Of a stretch of DNA of 64,000 bases, positions 40,875-51,514 are shown piece by piece. The DNA comes from an uncultured Candidatus Binatia bacterium (lineage in GTDB: Bacteria > Desulfobacterota > Binatia > HRBIN30 > CADEER01). The notes below the pieces were generated by a model that saw only the letters and a list, made by a program, of their open reading frames with translations, did no database searches and was not told where the DNA came from. Position 1 is the first letter of the stretch; each line of letters begins with the position of its first letter. Made by a program: the position numbers and the translations under genes. The stretch lies in assembly GCA_964455095.1 (NCBI GenBank), contig CAYVUV010000028.1, positions 9,012 to 73,011 on the forward strand, read 5' to 3'.

Positions 40875-42035
40875 CTACCGGATCGCGCGATCGTAGATAC
40901 GCCAGCGGCGATACAGGGGCGCGCCGAGATCGCGCCACGGCTTGTTCATGCTCTCGTTGTCCTCGAGGATCCAGGACGGCTCGCCGCCGACCAGGCCGTA
41001 CTTCTTGGCGCGCCGGAAGCTCTCGACCGTGAACAAGGCGAAGATCCCGCCCTGGCGGAACTCCTTCTTGACGCCCAGCGTGAGGATGCGCACGGTCTTC
41101 ATCATCCGTCTGCCGATCAGGACCTTGAAGATGCCGGTCGGAAAGAGGCGCCCGTTCGGGATGCGTTTGAAAATGTGGTTGAGGTCGGGCAGGGCGAGCA
41201 TGAACCCAGCCGGCTTGCCGTCTTTCTCGGCGATGAAGGCGAAGCGCGGATCGAGCGCCATCTTCATGTCCTTGGCGGCGAACACGAACTCCTCGCGCGT
41301 CATCGGGACGAAACCCCAGTTGTCCTCCCAGGCCGCGTTGTAGATCTCGAACGCGACCGCGACATCGCGCTCGAAGTGCTTGAGGCTGAAGTCGCGGAAG
41401 GTGAAGTTGCCTTCCTGCTGCAGGCGGTCGGCGTAGTCGATGACCTTCGGCGGGAGGTCCACGCCTTTGTCGGTCGGCAGCCAGTAGGCGACGAGGTCTT
41501 GCGCCTTGACGAAACCGGCCTGGTCGTGGAGCTCCTCGTAGTACTTGGGGTTCCACGTCGTCATGATCGTCGGGTGCTGCGACAGCCCGCGCACCAGCAG
41601 GCCGCACTCGTGGTTGGTGCTCGGGTTCATCGGGCCGCGCATGATCTGCAGCCCCTTGTCCTTGAGCCAGCTCGATGCGGCGGCGAAGAGCGCGTCGGCG
41701 ACGCCCTGGTCATCGATGCATTCGAAGAAGCCGTAGTGACCCACCGGCTCGTGGTGGTACTCGATGTGCGCGTCGTTTTTGATGGCGGCGATGCGGCCGA
41801 CGACCTTGCCCGCGCGCTCGGCGAGGAAGAGTTGGATCTGCGCGCGCTTGTAGAACGGGTTCTTGACCGTATCGAGCGACTCCCACACCGCCATGCGCAG
41901 CGGCGGCACCCAGAGCGCGTAGACCGGATTCTTGCGATCGTAGAGCGTGTAGGGGAAGTCGACGAACTTCCGCTTGCCGGCCTTGTCGGTCACCGGAACG
42001 ATCGTCACGCCGGGTTGTGCGGTGGTCTCGAGCAT
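40875..42035 (-). CDS. GNAT-like N-acyltransferase family protein
   Basis: KRKFVDFPYTLYDRKNPVYALWVPPLRMAVWESLDTVKNPFYKRAQIQLFLAERAGKVVGRIAAIKND matches a widespread bacterial family usually annotated as N-acetyltransferase. The opposite-strand 296-aa ORF was rejected. Confidence 0.7.
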   Translation of the reverse strand: MLETTAQPGVTIVPVTDKAGKRKFVDFPYTLYDRKNPVYALWVPPLRMAVWESLDTVKNPFYKRAQIQLFLAERAGKVVGRIAAIKNDAHIEYHHEPVGHYGFFECIDDQGVADALFAAASSWLKDKGLQIMRGPMNPSTNHECGLLVRGLSQHPTIMTTWNPKYYEELHDQAGFVKAQDLVAYWLPTDKGVDLPPKVIDYADRLQQEGNFTFRDFSLKHFERDVAVAFEIYNAAWEDNWGFVPMTREEFVFAAKDMKMALDPRFAFIAEKDGKPAGFMLALPDLNHIFKRIPNGRLFPTGIFKVLIGRRMMKTVRILTLGVKKEFRQGGIFALFTVESFRRAKKYGLVGGEPSWILEDNESMNKPWRDLGAPLYRRWRIYDRAIR

Positions 42036-42083
42036 CGGTTTCCAGAGGGTCGGGGGGGACTATAGAGGGCGCGGGCGGTTCGG

Positions 42084-42162
42084 AAAATCCCCCTCAAGCC
42101 CCTGTCGGCTTTGCCGGGCAAATTGGAGAGGATTCTGGTTCCTCTCCCGGAGGGAGAGGAAC
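42084..42162. repeat. MITE/REP-like element, partial and diverged copy D
   Basis: AAAATCCCCCTCAAGCCCC...GGTTCCTCTCCCGGAGGGAGAGGAAC has the same G5/C5 box plus CTCTCCC-loop-GGGAGAG hairpin as copies A-C, but only one end is clearly recognisable. Confidence 0.5.
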
Positions 42163-42192
42163 GTCGAAGCGTGATAAATTGGTGCGGAGCGT

Positions 42193-43616
<1,424 letters not shown>

Positions 43617-43620
<4 letters not shown>

Positions 43621-45719
43621 GCGTGGCTCCTCAGTTCGGCCGGCGGCGCCGGCAGCCGCATCGTGACCACCGTACCGCCGCGCGCACCGGCGGCGACCGA
43701 GAGCTCGCCCCGATGCGCGTCGACGATGCGTTTGGCGATCGCCAGCCCGAGCCCGGTGCCGCTCGGCTTGAGCGAGAAAAACGGTTCGAACACCCGTGCC
43801 AGGGCGTCGGGCGGGATGCCGCCGCCGTTGTCTTCGACGCGCAGTGCGCCGCTGCCGTTTTCTGCCTGAACGGCGATGGCGATGGAGCGCGCGGCCGGCT
43901 GAGCGGCGAGCGCATCGGCGGCGTTTTCGATCAGGTTGATGAGCACCTGGCGGATCTTCTCGCCGTCGGCGGTCAGGACGATTCCGTCGCGGGCATCGAC
44001 GGCCACGGCGATGTCGGCCTGCGCCAGGCGCGGACGCAACGCGTCGACGGTGGCGCGCACCAGGCCGCCGAGATCGGTGGGGGCGAAGCGAAACTCGTCG
44101 CGGCGGGAGAAGCGCAACAGCGCGCGCACTTGCTGCTCGACGCGTTCGAGCTCGGCGAGGATGAGCGCGTGCTCGGCGGCGAACGGCGCCGCGGACTCGC
44201 GGGCGAGTTGCTGGGCGAGGCTGCGCGCGGCGGTGATCGGGTTGCGGATCTCGTGCGCGATGCGCGCGGCCATCTCGCCGATGGCGGCGAGCGTCTCGGC
44301 ATGGGCGAGCGAACGCTCGACGGCGACGGCGCGATCGAGCAGCTCGGCGGCGTCGAGCACCAGCGCGAACTGATCGGCGAAGCTCTGCACGGCGCGCACG
44401 TCGTCGTCGGAGAACGAAGCGTTGAGCGCGCCGGTGGTGACGAAGCAGTAGCCCCAGCGCTGGCGCGGGCTGACGATCGGCACCACGCCGACGATGTCGG
44501 CTTCGACCAACGCTTCCTGCAGCGGCCCGGGCAGGTTGCGAAACGTCCCGGCGGCAAAGGTCTGTGCCGGCAGCGCATCGGCGGCACGGCCGCTCGGCCA
44601 GACGCGGCGCAGCGGCTCGAGATCGAGCCGCCCGTGCGCGATGACCTGACGGTCGCGCTCGAGCAGCAGGGCGGCGCCGCGCAACTGCATGACCGCGGCG
44701 ATCTCCGCCAGCGCGCGCCGGCAACACTCCTCGATGCCGCGCTGCGGGGCGAGGGCGAGCAACGCCGCACTGAGCCGCTCGCGCCGCCAACGGCCGCGCC
44801 GAAACAGCAGGTGGTCGATGGCGGCGTGCAGCGGGGCCTGAACGCGGACGAGCACGAGCACCGGCAGGAGGAGCGTGGCGATGGCGAAGGCGGGGCGCAG
44901 CGCCGGTTGATCGATCGCGCCTTCGGCCCAGCGCAGCGCGAGGACGATGACGGCGACCCCGGCGATCGTCGCGGCGGTCGCGATCAGGCGGCGCACGACC
45001 TCGCCGAAGATGCGCGCCGCGAAGGGCAGGGCGAGCAGGATGCCGATGCCGACGTTGGCCAGCGACACCCAATGCGGCGTGCCCCAGGTCAGCGGGGCCT
45101 TGATCCCGGCGACGAACAGCACCGCCAGGCCGAGCAGGCCGGCGCTGAGCATGACGACGTCGGCGTAGCGCGCCTCGCCGAGACCGCCCGGCCGCCACAG
45201 GCCGCGGCGCGCGTAGCGGCTGATCTGCCACAGGCTGAGCGCGAGCGCGCTGAGAATGTAGGCGAACAGCAGCATCTGGAAGGTGCCGACGCGTTCCTGT
45301 TGCGTGGCGCCGGGAAGCCAGGACAGGTGTGCGGACAGGGAGATCAGCGCCACCGCCGGGGCGTAGTTGGCGATCAGCCAGAGGCGGCGCGGCGACGGCG
45401 CGCGCAGCGGAAAGAGCTGCGCCATATGGTGGAACATGGCGACGCTGCTGATCAGCATGATGTCGCTGGCGAAATAGAGCACCAGCAGCGGCGGCGTCGG
45501 GTGGTTGTGCAGGTCATCGGGCACCAGGGTCAGCAGCATGCCCAGGGCGTAAAACCCCCCGATGCACGTCGAGATGATGGGGAGCAGGGTCGAGAGCTGG
45601 TTGGGCGCGCCGTGCGCCCGCAGCGCGCGCCAGCCGTCCTGCGCGACGATCGCCCAGATCAGCGCCGGCAGCACATAGGCCCCGGCCGCGACGAGCTGAA
45701 AGGTGCTGGGTTCGCTCAT
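43617..45719 (-). CDS. Membrane sensor histidine kinase (multi-TM N-terminus, GAF-like middle, HisKA plus HATPase_c)
   Basis: The H-box is AHEIRNPITAARSLAQQL, with N/G boxes LINLIENAADAL...DNGGGIP...PFFSLKPSGTGLGLAI. The N-terminal 300 aa are hydrophobic. I chose the start at MSEPSTF (45719). Confidence 0.85.
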
Positions 45720-45960
45720 GCTGAAGCCATCACGCGAGCGGGTCTTTGAGGCCAGACAATCCCATGCAGGGTGTCGAGACCGCAAGCCCGGTGCCAGCAC
45801 GGGAACACCCCGCGGGGCTTGGTTCTCGTTCCGCGGCGCGGTCAAACGTCACCGAGGCGTAGTCCGGCGCCTGTTTGGATATGCGGCCAGGCGCATGTGC
45901 CCATATGCGTTCCGTGGTTGCGCACCGGCCGGGCCTTACTCGATCGATTGCGGCCCGCCG

Positions 45961-45976
45961 TGGCACGGCTTCTGCT
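45961..45976 (+). promoter_or_regulatory. Sigma-54 (-24/-12) promoter candidate TGGCACGGCTTCTGCT
   Basis: TGGCAC-N5-CTGCT has GG and GC separated by exactly 10 nt (consensus TGGCAC-N5-TTGCW). It lies 41 nt upstream of the SD-preceded ATG at 46017, divergent from the kinase/NtrC pair. An 8-bp inverted repeat, GCTTCTGC (45968-75) and GCAGAAGC (45990-97), overlaps the -12 element. Confidence 0.6.
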
Positions 45977-46016
45977 CTAGCTGTCGATCGCAGAAGCAAC
46001 GAGCCCAGAGGAGGAT

Positions 46017-46238
46017 ATGAGCATGATGCCTATCACGTCCGTCATGTCGTCGGTGCTGCCGATGTCCTTCGACTTCGGCACCAGCTTCGGCTGGCTGCTG
46101 TTGGCCGTGCTGCTCGCCAGCGCCCTCGGTGTGTTCGGGGCGGCGCTGACTTCCCGTCGCCGGCGTTCCGGTGCTAAAGCGATGTTCATACGGCCCGCGC
46201 CCCCGCTGGCGCGTGCCCACCGGCCGATGGCGGCCTGA
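46017..46238 (+). CDS. Small single-pass membrane protein (73 aa), hypothetical
   Basis: A strong SD (AGAGGAGGA) lies 2-10 nt upstream of the ATG. One hydrophobic helix, FGWLLLAVLLASALGVFGAAL, is followed by RRRR. It sits downstream of the sigma-54 promoter candidate. Confidence 0.5.
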   Translation: MSMMPITSVMSSVLPMSFDFGTSFGWLLLAVLLASALGVFGAALTSRRRRSGAKAMFIRPAPPLARAHRPMAA

Positions 46239-46249
46239 GGAAACCAATC

Positions 46250-46999
46250 ATGCAGACCAACGACACCCCCCTGCGGCGCAAGATTCAGTGGCGGCGCGCC
46301 TGGAAGGCGCTGCAGCTTCTCATCGAGGACCCGCAACGCACCGAGCAGGTGTTCGAGATCACCGACTCGCTGGCCGGCAACAGCTTCGAGCGCGCCTATC
46401 AGCGCTTCCTGCGCCATCCGGACGGCCAGCGACTGCTCGCCGAACGCCCGTCGCTGCTGGCGACGCTCTCCGACCGCGCCGCGCTGCGCGCCCTGCCGGC
46501 CGGCTCGCTCGGCCGCGCCTACGCCGACTTCATGGAGGCCGGGCAGCTGACCGCCGAGGGGCTCGTCGCCGCCGAGGAGATGGTGCAGCGCCAGCACCCG
46601 GTGCCGCAGGACGCCGACCGCGAATTCTACGGCGACCGCGTGCGCGACATGCACGACCTCTGGCACGTGCTCACCGGCTACGGCATGGACGAGGCCGGTG
46701 AGGCGGCGAACCTCGCCTTCACCCTCGGTCAGATCCCGACCGGTGGCATCGCGTTCATCGTCGTCGCCGCGGCGCTGATCGGTCCGAAGGACATCCGCTT
46801 CTCGTGGCAGCGCTACCTGTTCCGCGCCTGGCAGCGCGGCCGCCGCGCCGCGATGATGACGGTCGCTCCGTACGAGCAGTTGCTGACGCAGCCGCTCGCG
46901 GACGCCCGTCGCAGCCTGCGCATCCAGCCACCGGAAGAGGCGCACCCCGAAGGTGTCGTCGTCGCCACCCGGGCGGATATCGCCACCGCGATGGGGTGA
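46250..46999 (+). CDS. Coq4-family (ubiquinone biosynthesis protein Coq4-like) protein
   Basis: RVRDMHDLWHVLTGYGMDEAGEAANLAFTLGQ matches the Coq4 HDxxH...E zinc-site region. The SD is GAGGAAA. The antisense 361-aa ORF was rejected. Confidence 0.75.
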   Translation: MQTNDTPLRRKIQWRRAWKALQLLIEDPQRTEQVFEITDSLAGNSFERAYQRFLRHPDGQRLLAERPSLLATLSDRAALRALPAGSLGRAYADFMEAGQLTAEGLVAAEEMVQRQHPVPQDADREFYGDRVRDMHDLWHVLTGYGMDEAGEAANLAFTLGQIPTGGIAFIVVAAALIGPKDIRFSWQRYLFRAWQRGRRAAMMTVAPYEQLLTQPLADARRSLRIQPPEEAHPEGVVVATRADIATAMG

Positions 47000-47016
47000 T
47001 GAATGTATCTCGCGCC

Positions 47017-47183
47017 GGTTTCCTCTCCCGGATGGGAGAGGATTAAGGTGAGGAGGATTCAATTGCGCCGAAGGCCACGGATGACGTTCGGCCTTGGGCG
47101 GGCCGCCAAAAGCTGGGGTTGGCTTCGCCCATCAGTTTAATCCCCCTCATCTTGTCCTTCTCCCAATCCGGGAGAAGGAACCC
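47017..47183. repeat. MITE/REP-like element, copy B (inverted orientation relative to A and C)
   Basis: GGTTTCCTCTCCCGGATGGGAGAGGATTAAGGTGAGGAGGATT...TTAATCCCCCTCATCTTGTCCTTCTCCCAATCCGGGAGAAGGAACCC. Its reverse complement aligns end to end with copies A and C. It lies between convergent genes. Confidence 0.8.
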
Positions 47184-47220
47184 TCGTTCGATACGTGACA
47201 GGAATCCTGAAGCGCGCTGC

Positions 47221-47784
47221 CTATCGCCGGCGCATTCGCGCGGCGTGAAACACCGACGGCACGTCGTGCCGGCACTCCGCCGAGAGGAGCGTAATGCCCA
47301 ACTCGTCGACCGCGCAGAGCAACTGAAAGAGCGCCGCGAACCGGAACGGCCAGGCGAAATCGAAGATCAGCAGGAGCGGGATGCTGACCGCCATCAACCC
47401 CGCCCCAAACTTGACCGACCAGGTGTGGTAACCGGGAACGGCCCGGTACTTCAGATAGGCGATCGCCGTCGGCACCAGCATGCAGACGACGGCGAGGATC
47501 GCATAGGGCGCCTCGCGGCGCACGATCTCCGGCCACAGCCACCACGCGCCGAAGGGCAGGCAGACCCAGAGCGAGAAGTCAGCCCACTGATCGAGCCGGG
47601 CGCCGAAGTCCGATTCCTGCCCGAGCCGGCGGGCGAGCGCGCCGTCGAGTACGTCGGACGCGAGTGCCAAACCGAAGAGCGCGAGGAAGATGCCGGTGGC
47701 CCCGTGCCACGCCAACACCAGCAGCACCGGTGTACACAGGACGCGGAAGGCGCTGACCAGGTTCGGTGCGTTGACTGGAAACAT
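47221..47784 (-). CDS. CDP-alcohol phosphatidyltransferase family protein
   Basis: ASDVLDGALARRLGQESDFGARLDQWADF matches D-G-x2-A-R-x8-G-x3-D-x3-D. The protein is multi-TM. Confidence 0.85.
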   Translation of the reverse strand: MFPVNAPNLVSAFRVLCTPVLLVLAWHGATGIFLALFGLALASDVLDGALARRLGQESDFGARLDQWADFSLWVCLPFGAWWLWPEIVRREAPYAILAVVCMLVPTAIAYLKYRAVPGYHTWSVKFGAGLMAVSIPLLLIFDFAWPFRFAALFQLLCAVDELGITLLSAECRHDVPSVFHAARMRRR

Positions 47785-47799
47785 ACTCGTTCCCCGCGA

Positions 47800-48204
47800 T
47801 CACGGACTGCGCGTGAGCCGGCGGTGTGCGCGCCACAGTAGGACGCCCGGTATCGAGAACACCAACATCTGCACAATGCCTGCGAGCCACCCACGCCCGT
47901 TGGGGCTGGTCTGATTCCAGACCAGGTGACTGAAGGCGATGTAGAGCTCATACGCCGCCGCGCCGGGAAGAATCCACGAACGCTGAAACCAAAACCCCCA
48001 GGCGCCGACGAGAAAGACGGCCCAATGAATCGGTGCGGTCAGCAGCGCCGGCGCGCCGCGCAGCTCGAAGCCAAACCACACCTCGACATCGCGCACATGC
48101 GCCAGGAAGAGATCGCGCCAAACGAGAAAGCCCACACTGCCGAGACAGAACACCGCCAACGCGGTCATCCACCAGGGGCGGCGCTGTGTCGATGGGTCAT
48201 CCAC
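47800..48204 (-). CDS. Hypothetical integral membrane protein
   Basis: 134 aa with four hydrophobic segments. It lies 15 nt upstream of, and co-directional with, the CDP-alcohol transferase gene. Confidence 0.55.
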   Translation of the reverse strand: MDDPSTQRRPWWMTALAVFCLGSVGFLVWRDLFLAHVRDVEVWFGFELRGAPALLTAPIHWAVFLVGAWGFWFQRSWILPGAAAYELYIAFSHLVWNQTSPNGRGWLAGIVQMLVFSIPGVLLWRAHRRLTRSP

Positions 48205-48301
48205 GATTCACCATCATCGTCGAAGTGAGGATCGCTATAGAACTTGAAGTCGAGATTCGTCCACAGTCGAGGGGGTCAGCGCCGCTCATTGCCGCCCCAG
48301 C

Positions 48302-48326
48302 GCTATCAATGCTATCAATTTGCTAT
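48302..48326 (+). promoter_or_regulatory. Tandem GCTATCAAT repeats abutting the vapB start (candidate TA autoregulatory operator)
   Basis: GCTATCAAT GCTATCAAT T GCTAT(GG): two exact 9-mers plus a third GCTAT that overlaps the ATG at 48325. Another GCTATAG lies at about 48233. Confidence 0.5.
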
Positions 48327-48564
48327 GGCCCAACTGATTGTCCGGAGCATCGAAGACAAGGTCGTCGCTGAGCTCAAGCAGCGCGCAGCGCGGCGTGGTG
48401 TGTCGATGGAGGAGGAGCATCGGCGCATCCTTCGTGAAGCCCTTAGCCAGCGAGGTCGCGGCGGGCGGCGCTCGTTCAAGGACCATCTGGCCCAGATGCC
48501 AGACGTGGGAGGCGACCAACTGTTTGAGCGCCCGGTGGCGCGGATGCGCCGCGTCCGGCTCTGA
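48325..48564 (+). CDS. vapB: Ribbon-helix-helix antitoxin (VapB/FitA-like)
   Basis: MAQLIVRSIEDKVVAELKQRAARRGVSMEEEHRRILREAL is the typical Arc/MetJ-type antitoxin N-terminus. The stop overlaps the PIN toxin ATG. Confidence 0.8.
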   Translation: MAQLIVRSIEDKVVAELKQRAARRGVSMEEEHRRILREALSQRGRGGRRSFKDHLAQMPDVGGDQLFERPVARMRRVRL

Positions 48565-48977
48565 TGGCGTTTCTCCTCGACACCAACGTGCTCTCCGAGC
48601 TGCGCAAGGGCGAACGTTGCAACCCGTCCGTTCGTCAGTGGTTCTCGGTCGTCGAAGCGGATGATCTGTACGTGAGCGTGCTCGTCGTTGGCGAGATCCG
48701 CCGGGGAATTGAGCTGCTCCGCCGCCGCGATACGCGTGGTGCGACTGCCTTGGATCGTTGGCTGAGCGAGCTCGAGCGCCGTTACGCCGATCACCTCCTG
48801 CCGGTCACCCTGGAAATCTGCCGGATCTGGGGCGGGATGAGCCTCGCGCGTCCGCTCGCACCCATCGACGGCCTGCTGGCAGCCACGGCCGTCCACCACG
48901 GGATGACGCTGGTCACCCGCAACGTCGGGGACGTCGAACGGTCCGGCGCCGCCTTGCTCAATCCCTTTGCGGCGTGA
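48564..48977 (+). CDS. vapC: PIN-domain toxin (VapC/FitB-like ribonuclease)
   Basis: MAFLLDTNVLSELRK...(D5), ...VSVLVVGEIRRG..., ...DGLLAATAVHHGMTLVTRNVGDV... give the conserved acidic PIN residues and the C-terminal T(R)N..DF-like motif. Confidence 0.85.
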   Translation: MAFLLDTNVLSELRKGERCNPSVRQWFSVVEADDLYVSVLVVGEIRRGIELLRRRDTRGATALDRWLSELERRYADHLLPVTLEICRIWGGMSLARPLAPIDGLLAATAVHHGMTLVTRNVGDVERSGAALLNPFAA

Positions 48978-48998
48978 GCTGGCGGTTGTGTAAGCCGC

Positions 48999-49856
48999 TT
49001 ACGCCCGCCGCGCGGTGACGATCCACGCCGCCGAGGGCATCTGCACGCCGGTGGGGGTGGTGTAGGGGGCGAGCGATTCGCGCACGGCGCCGGCGACCAC
49101 AGCGACGAGGGCCGGGTCGGCATCGCCCAGGGCTCGGGAGGTGGGGCCCATCTGCAGCAGGAAGTCGACGGTCTGGTCGATGTCGCCGCCGCCGCCGACG
49201 GTGAGGGTTTCGCGCGTCGGCTCGAAGCCGATGTTGGTGAAACCGGCGCGGTCGAGGATGCCGCGCACGCGGTCGGGGTCGGCGAAGGCGAACGGGCCCG
49301 GGGCGTTGGGGTCGGGGATCGGCGGTGGCGGCATGTGCTGCAGCGCCGCCATCAGCGGCACGAACATCCACGGGTTCTCGGGCAGCGCCTGCCAACACAC
49401 GAACGCCAGCCGGCCACCGGGCCGCAAGCCGCCGCGCAGGTTGGTGAAGGCGGCGACCGGATCGCTGAAGAACATGACACCGAAGCGCGAGAAGACGACG
49501 TCGAAGTCGGCGCCTTCGAAGTCGTGCGTCTGCACGTCGGTGGCCTCGAAGCGCGCGTGCGCGAGGTTGGCCGCTTCGGCGCGCGCCCGCGCGCGTTCGA
49601 GCATGACCGCCGAGATGTCCAGCCCGGTGACCGATCCGGTGGCGCCGACGCGCCGCGCCAGCTCGAGGCTGCTGTCGCCGCAGCCGCAGCCGACGTCGAG
49701 CACGTGCTCGCCGTGCGCCAGGGCGGCGCGGTCCATCGCCCGCTGCCCGAGCGGGCGAATCTGCACGTCGATCAGATCCTGCAGCGCCACCCACTTGGGG
49801 CCGGCTTGCTCGTTCCAGTACTGACGCTGCTCGGCGTTCCCCGCGGTTTGCTCCAT
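48999..49856 (-). CDS. Class I SAM-dependent methyltransferase
   Basis: Motif I is VLDVGCGCGDSS, and a later segment is LRPGGRLAFVCW. Confidence 0.85.
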   Translation of the reverse strand: MEQTAGNAEQRQYWNEQAGPKWVALQDLIDVQIRPLGQRAMDRAALAHGEHVLDVGCGCGDSSLELARRVGATGSVTGLDISAVMLERARARAEAANLAHARFEATDVQTHDFEGADFDVVFSRFGVMFFSDPVAAFTNLRGGLRPGGRLAFVCWQALPENPWMFVPLMAALQHMPPPPIPDPNAPGPFAFADPDRVRGILDRAGFTNIGFEPTRETLTVGGGGDIDQTVDFLLQMGPTSRALGDADPALVAVVAGAVRESLAPYTTPTGVQMPSAAWIVTARRA

Positions 49857-49863
49857 GGCGGCG

Positions 49864-50259
49864 CTACTCCTTCTTCTCCAGCTTGAGGGCGACGGAGTTC
49901 ATGCAGAAGCGCTGGCCGGTGGGCGCCGGGCCGTCGTCGAACAGATGCCCGAGGTGCGCGTCGCAGCGGCCGCAGAGCACCTCGACGCGGCGCATGCCGT
50001 GGCTGAGATCGATCTCCTGGCGCACCGCGTCGGGGGTGACCGGCGCCCAGAAGCTCGGCCAGCCGCTGCCCGACTCGTACTTCGTCTCCGAGGTGAACAG
50101 CGGGTTGTCGCAACACACGCAGCGGTACACGCCGTCGTCCTTGCACTGGTAGTACGTGCCGGTGAACGGTCGCTCCGTCGCCTTCTGGCGGCAGACGGCA
50201 AACTGCTCCGGCGTCAGCTGCTGACGCCACTCCTCGTCCGATTTGACGGTCTTGCTCAT
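49864..50259 (-). CDS. msrB: Peptide-methionine (R)-S-oxide reductase
   Basis: TERPFTGTYY...YRCVCCDNPLFTSETKYESGSGWPSFW...VLCGRCDAHLGHLFDDGP...RFCMNS shows the two CxxC zinc pairs and the catalytic RxCxN of MsrB. Confidence 0.95.
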   Translation of the reverse strand: MSKTVKSDEEWRQQLTPEQFAVCRQKATERPFTGTYYQCKDDGVYRCVCCDNPLFTSETKYESGSGWPSFWAPVTPDAVRQEIDLSHGMRRVEVLCGRCDAHLGHLFDDGPAPTGQRFCMNSVALKLEKKE

Positions 50260-50325
50260 GACTCCCTCTCGTTCCCTTCTTCTCTGTGAACTCTGTATCC
50301 TCTGTGGTGAGCAATCTTGTCTTAC

Positions 50326-51168
50326 TCAGGTCCCCGCGAGCTCGAGCGGGAAACGGCGCAGGTTTCGGTACCGTCGCAGCAGCGCGCCGAAATCGGTCGG
50401 CAGCTTGTGGCAGTAGGTAATGAACCCCGGCAGCGTGGCGAAGGTGCGCTCGGCGGCGGCGAAGTGCGGGTCGGCGCGCAGCGTCTGCTCTTCGCGCACC
50501 GGCGGCGGGGTGTGCGGGTCGGCGCGGAAACGGCGCACGTAGTCGAGCAACCGGGCGTGGTAGTCGGGGTCCTCGACGATGGCGCCGATGGTGCGGTGGC
50601 GCGGGTGCGTGCCGTCGACCATGGCGGCGACCTGGCGTTCGAAGTCGGCGAGCCCGTCGGGGAACATCTGGATCAACTGCAGGTCGTAGACCGGGTTCAG
50701 GTGCACCACCTGCATGACGTGACCGACGATGGTATCGCGGTCCGACAGAAACCCGGTCGGATCCATCATCGACACCGGGTCGTCGAGCACGCGCAAAAGC
50801 TGGTGAAAGCCGAACGAGATGCCCTTCTGTTGATAGTAGTCGCGCGACGCCGGCTCGATGACGAAGCGCAGCATGTCGAAACTGCCGAACAGGATCTGCA
50901 GCCGCGCTGGCCGGCGCTCGATGAAGCCCTGCGCCTCCAATGCGCGCAGGCGCCGATCGATCTCGGCGCCGTCGACGTAGAGCCGCAACGTGCGGCCCAG
51001 CCGCCGCAGCTTGCCGGCAATCTCACGCGGTCCGCCCAGCGCCGCGCGCAGCAGCGTCCAGGCGCTGGCCGTTTGCCGCAAGGCGCGCGCATCGGCGCCC
51101 GCCGCGGTGGTGGCGGAGTCGTTCATCGTTGGCATGTTGGGCATGTTGACGGAGCTCATGCGCCGCAC
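50326..51168 (-). CDS. Hypothetical protein (no family recognised)
   Basis: The minus-strand translation has balanced composition (YYQQKGISFGFHQLLRVLDDPVSMMDPTGFLSDRDTIVGHVMQVVHLNPVYDLQLIQMF). The overlapping plus-strand 315-aa ORF is R/V/G/A-biased. The start is uncertain because there are several N-terminal Met codons. Confidence 0.55.
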   Translation of the reverse strand: MRRMSSVNMPNMPTMNDSATTAAGADARALRQTASAWTLLRAALGGPREIAGKLRRLGRTLRLYVDGAEIDRRLRALEAQGFIERRPARLQILFGSFDMLRFVIEPASRDYYQQKGISFGFHQLLRVLDDPVSMMDPTGFLSDRDTIVGHVMQVVHLNPVYDLQLIQMFPDGLADFERQVAAMVDGTHPRHRTIGAIVEDPDYHARLLDYVRRFRADPHTPPPVREEQTLRADPHFAAAERTFATLPGFITYCHKLPTDFGALLRRYRNLRRFPLELAGT

Positions 51169-51301
51169 CGTACCTGCTCCACGCGTAGCACATCGCGCCC
51201 ACGCCTGGCGACGGGGCTGCGGCGGGGACTGGCGCGCTTCGCGCCGGTCGACGGGATGCGATAAGTGGTGCGTTTCGCAATTCCAGAGACCTGGCGCGCG
51301 A

Positions 51302-51466
51302 GGGTTCCTTCTCCCGGATGGGAGAAGGACAGGATGAGGGGGATATCATTGATCGGCGAAGCCAACCTCGACTTTGGCGGCTCTTTCAAGGCTAAAAACC
51401 CAGCCGTGGCCTTCGGCGCAATTGAATTCCCCTCACCTTAATCCTCTCCCATCCGGGAGAGGAAAC
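51302..51466. repeat. MITE/REP-like element, copy C
   Basis: GGGTTCCTTCTCCCGGATGGGAGAAGGACAGGATGAGGGGGAT...GATCGGCGAAGCCAAC...GTGGCCTTCGGCGCAATTGAATTCCCCTCACCTTAATCCTCTCCCATCCGGGAGAGGAAAC is collinear with copy A. It lies in a divergent intergenic region. Confidence 0.8.
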
Positions 51467-51514
51467 TAGAGGGATCTACAGGGCCGAAGAAATGAACGAG
51501 GAGCGTCTGGATTC

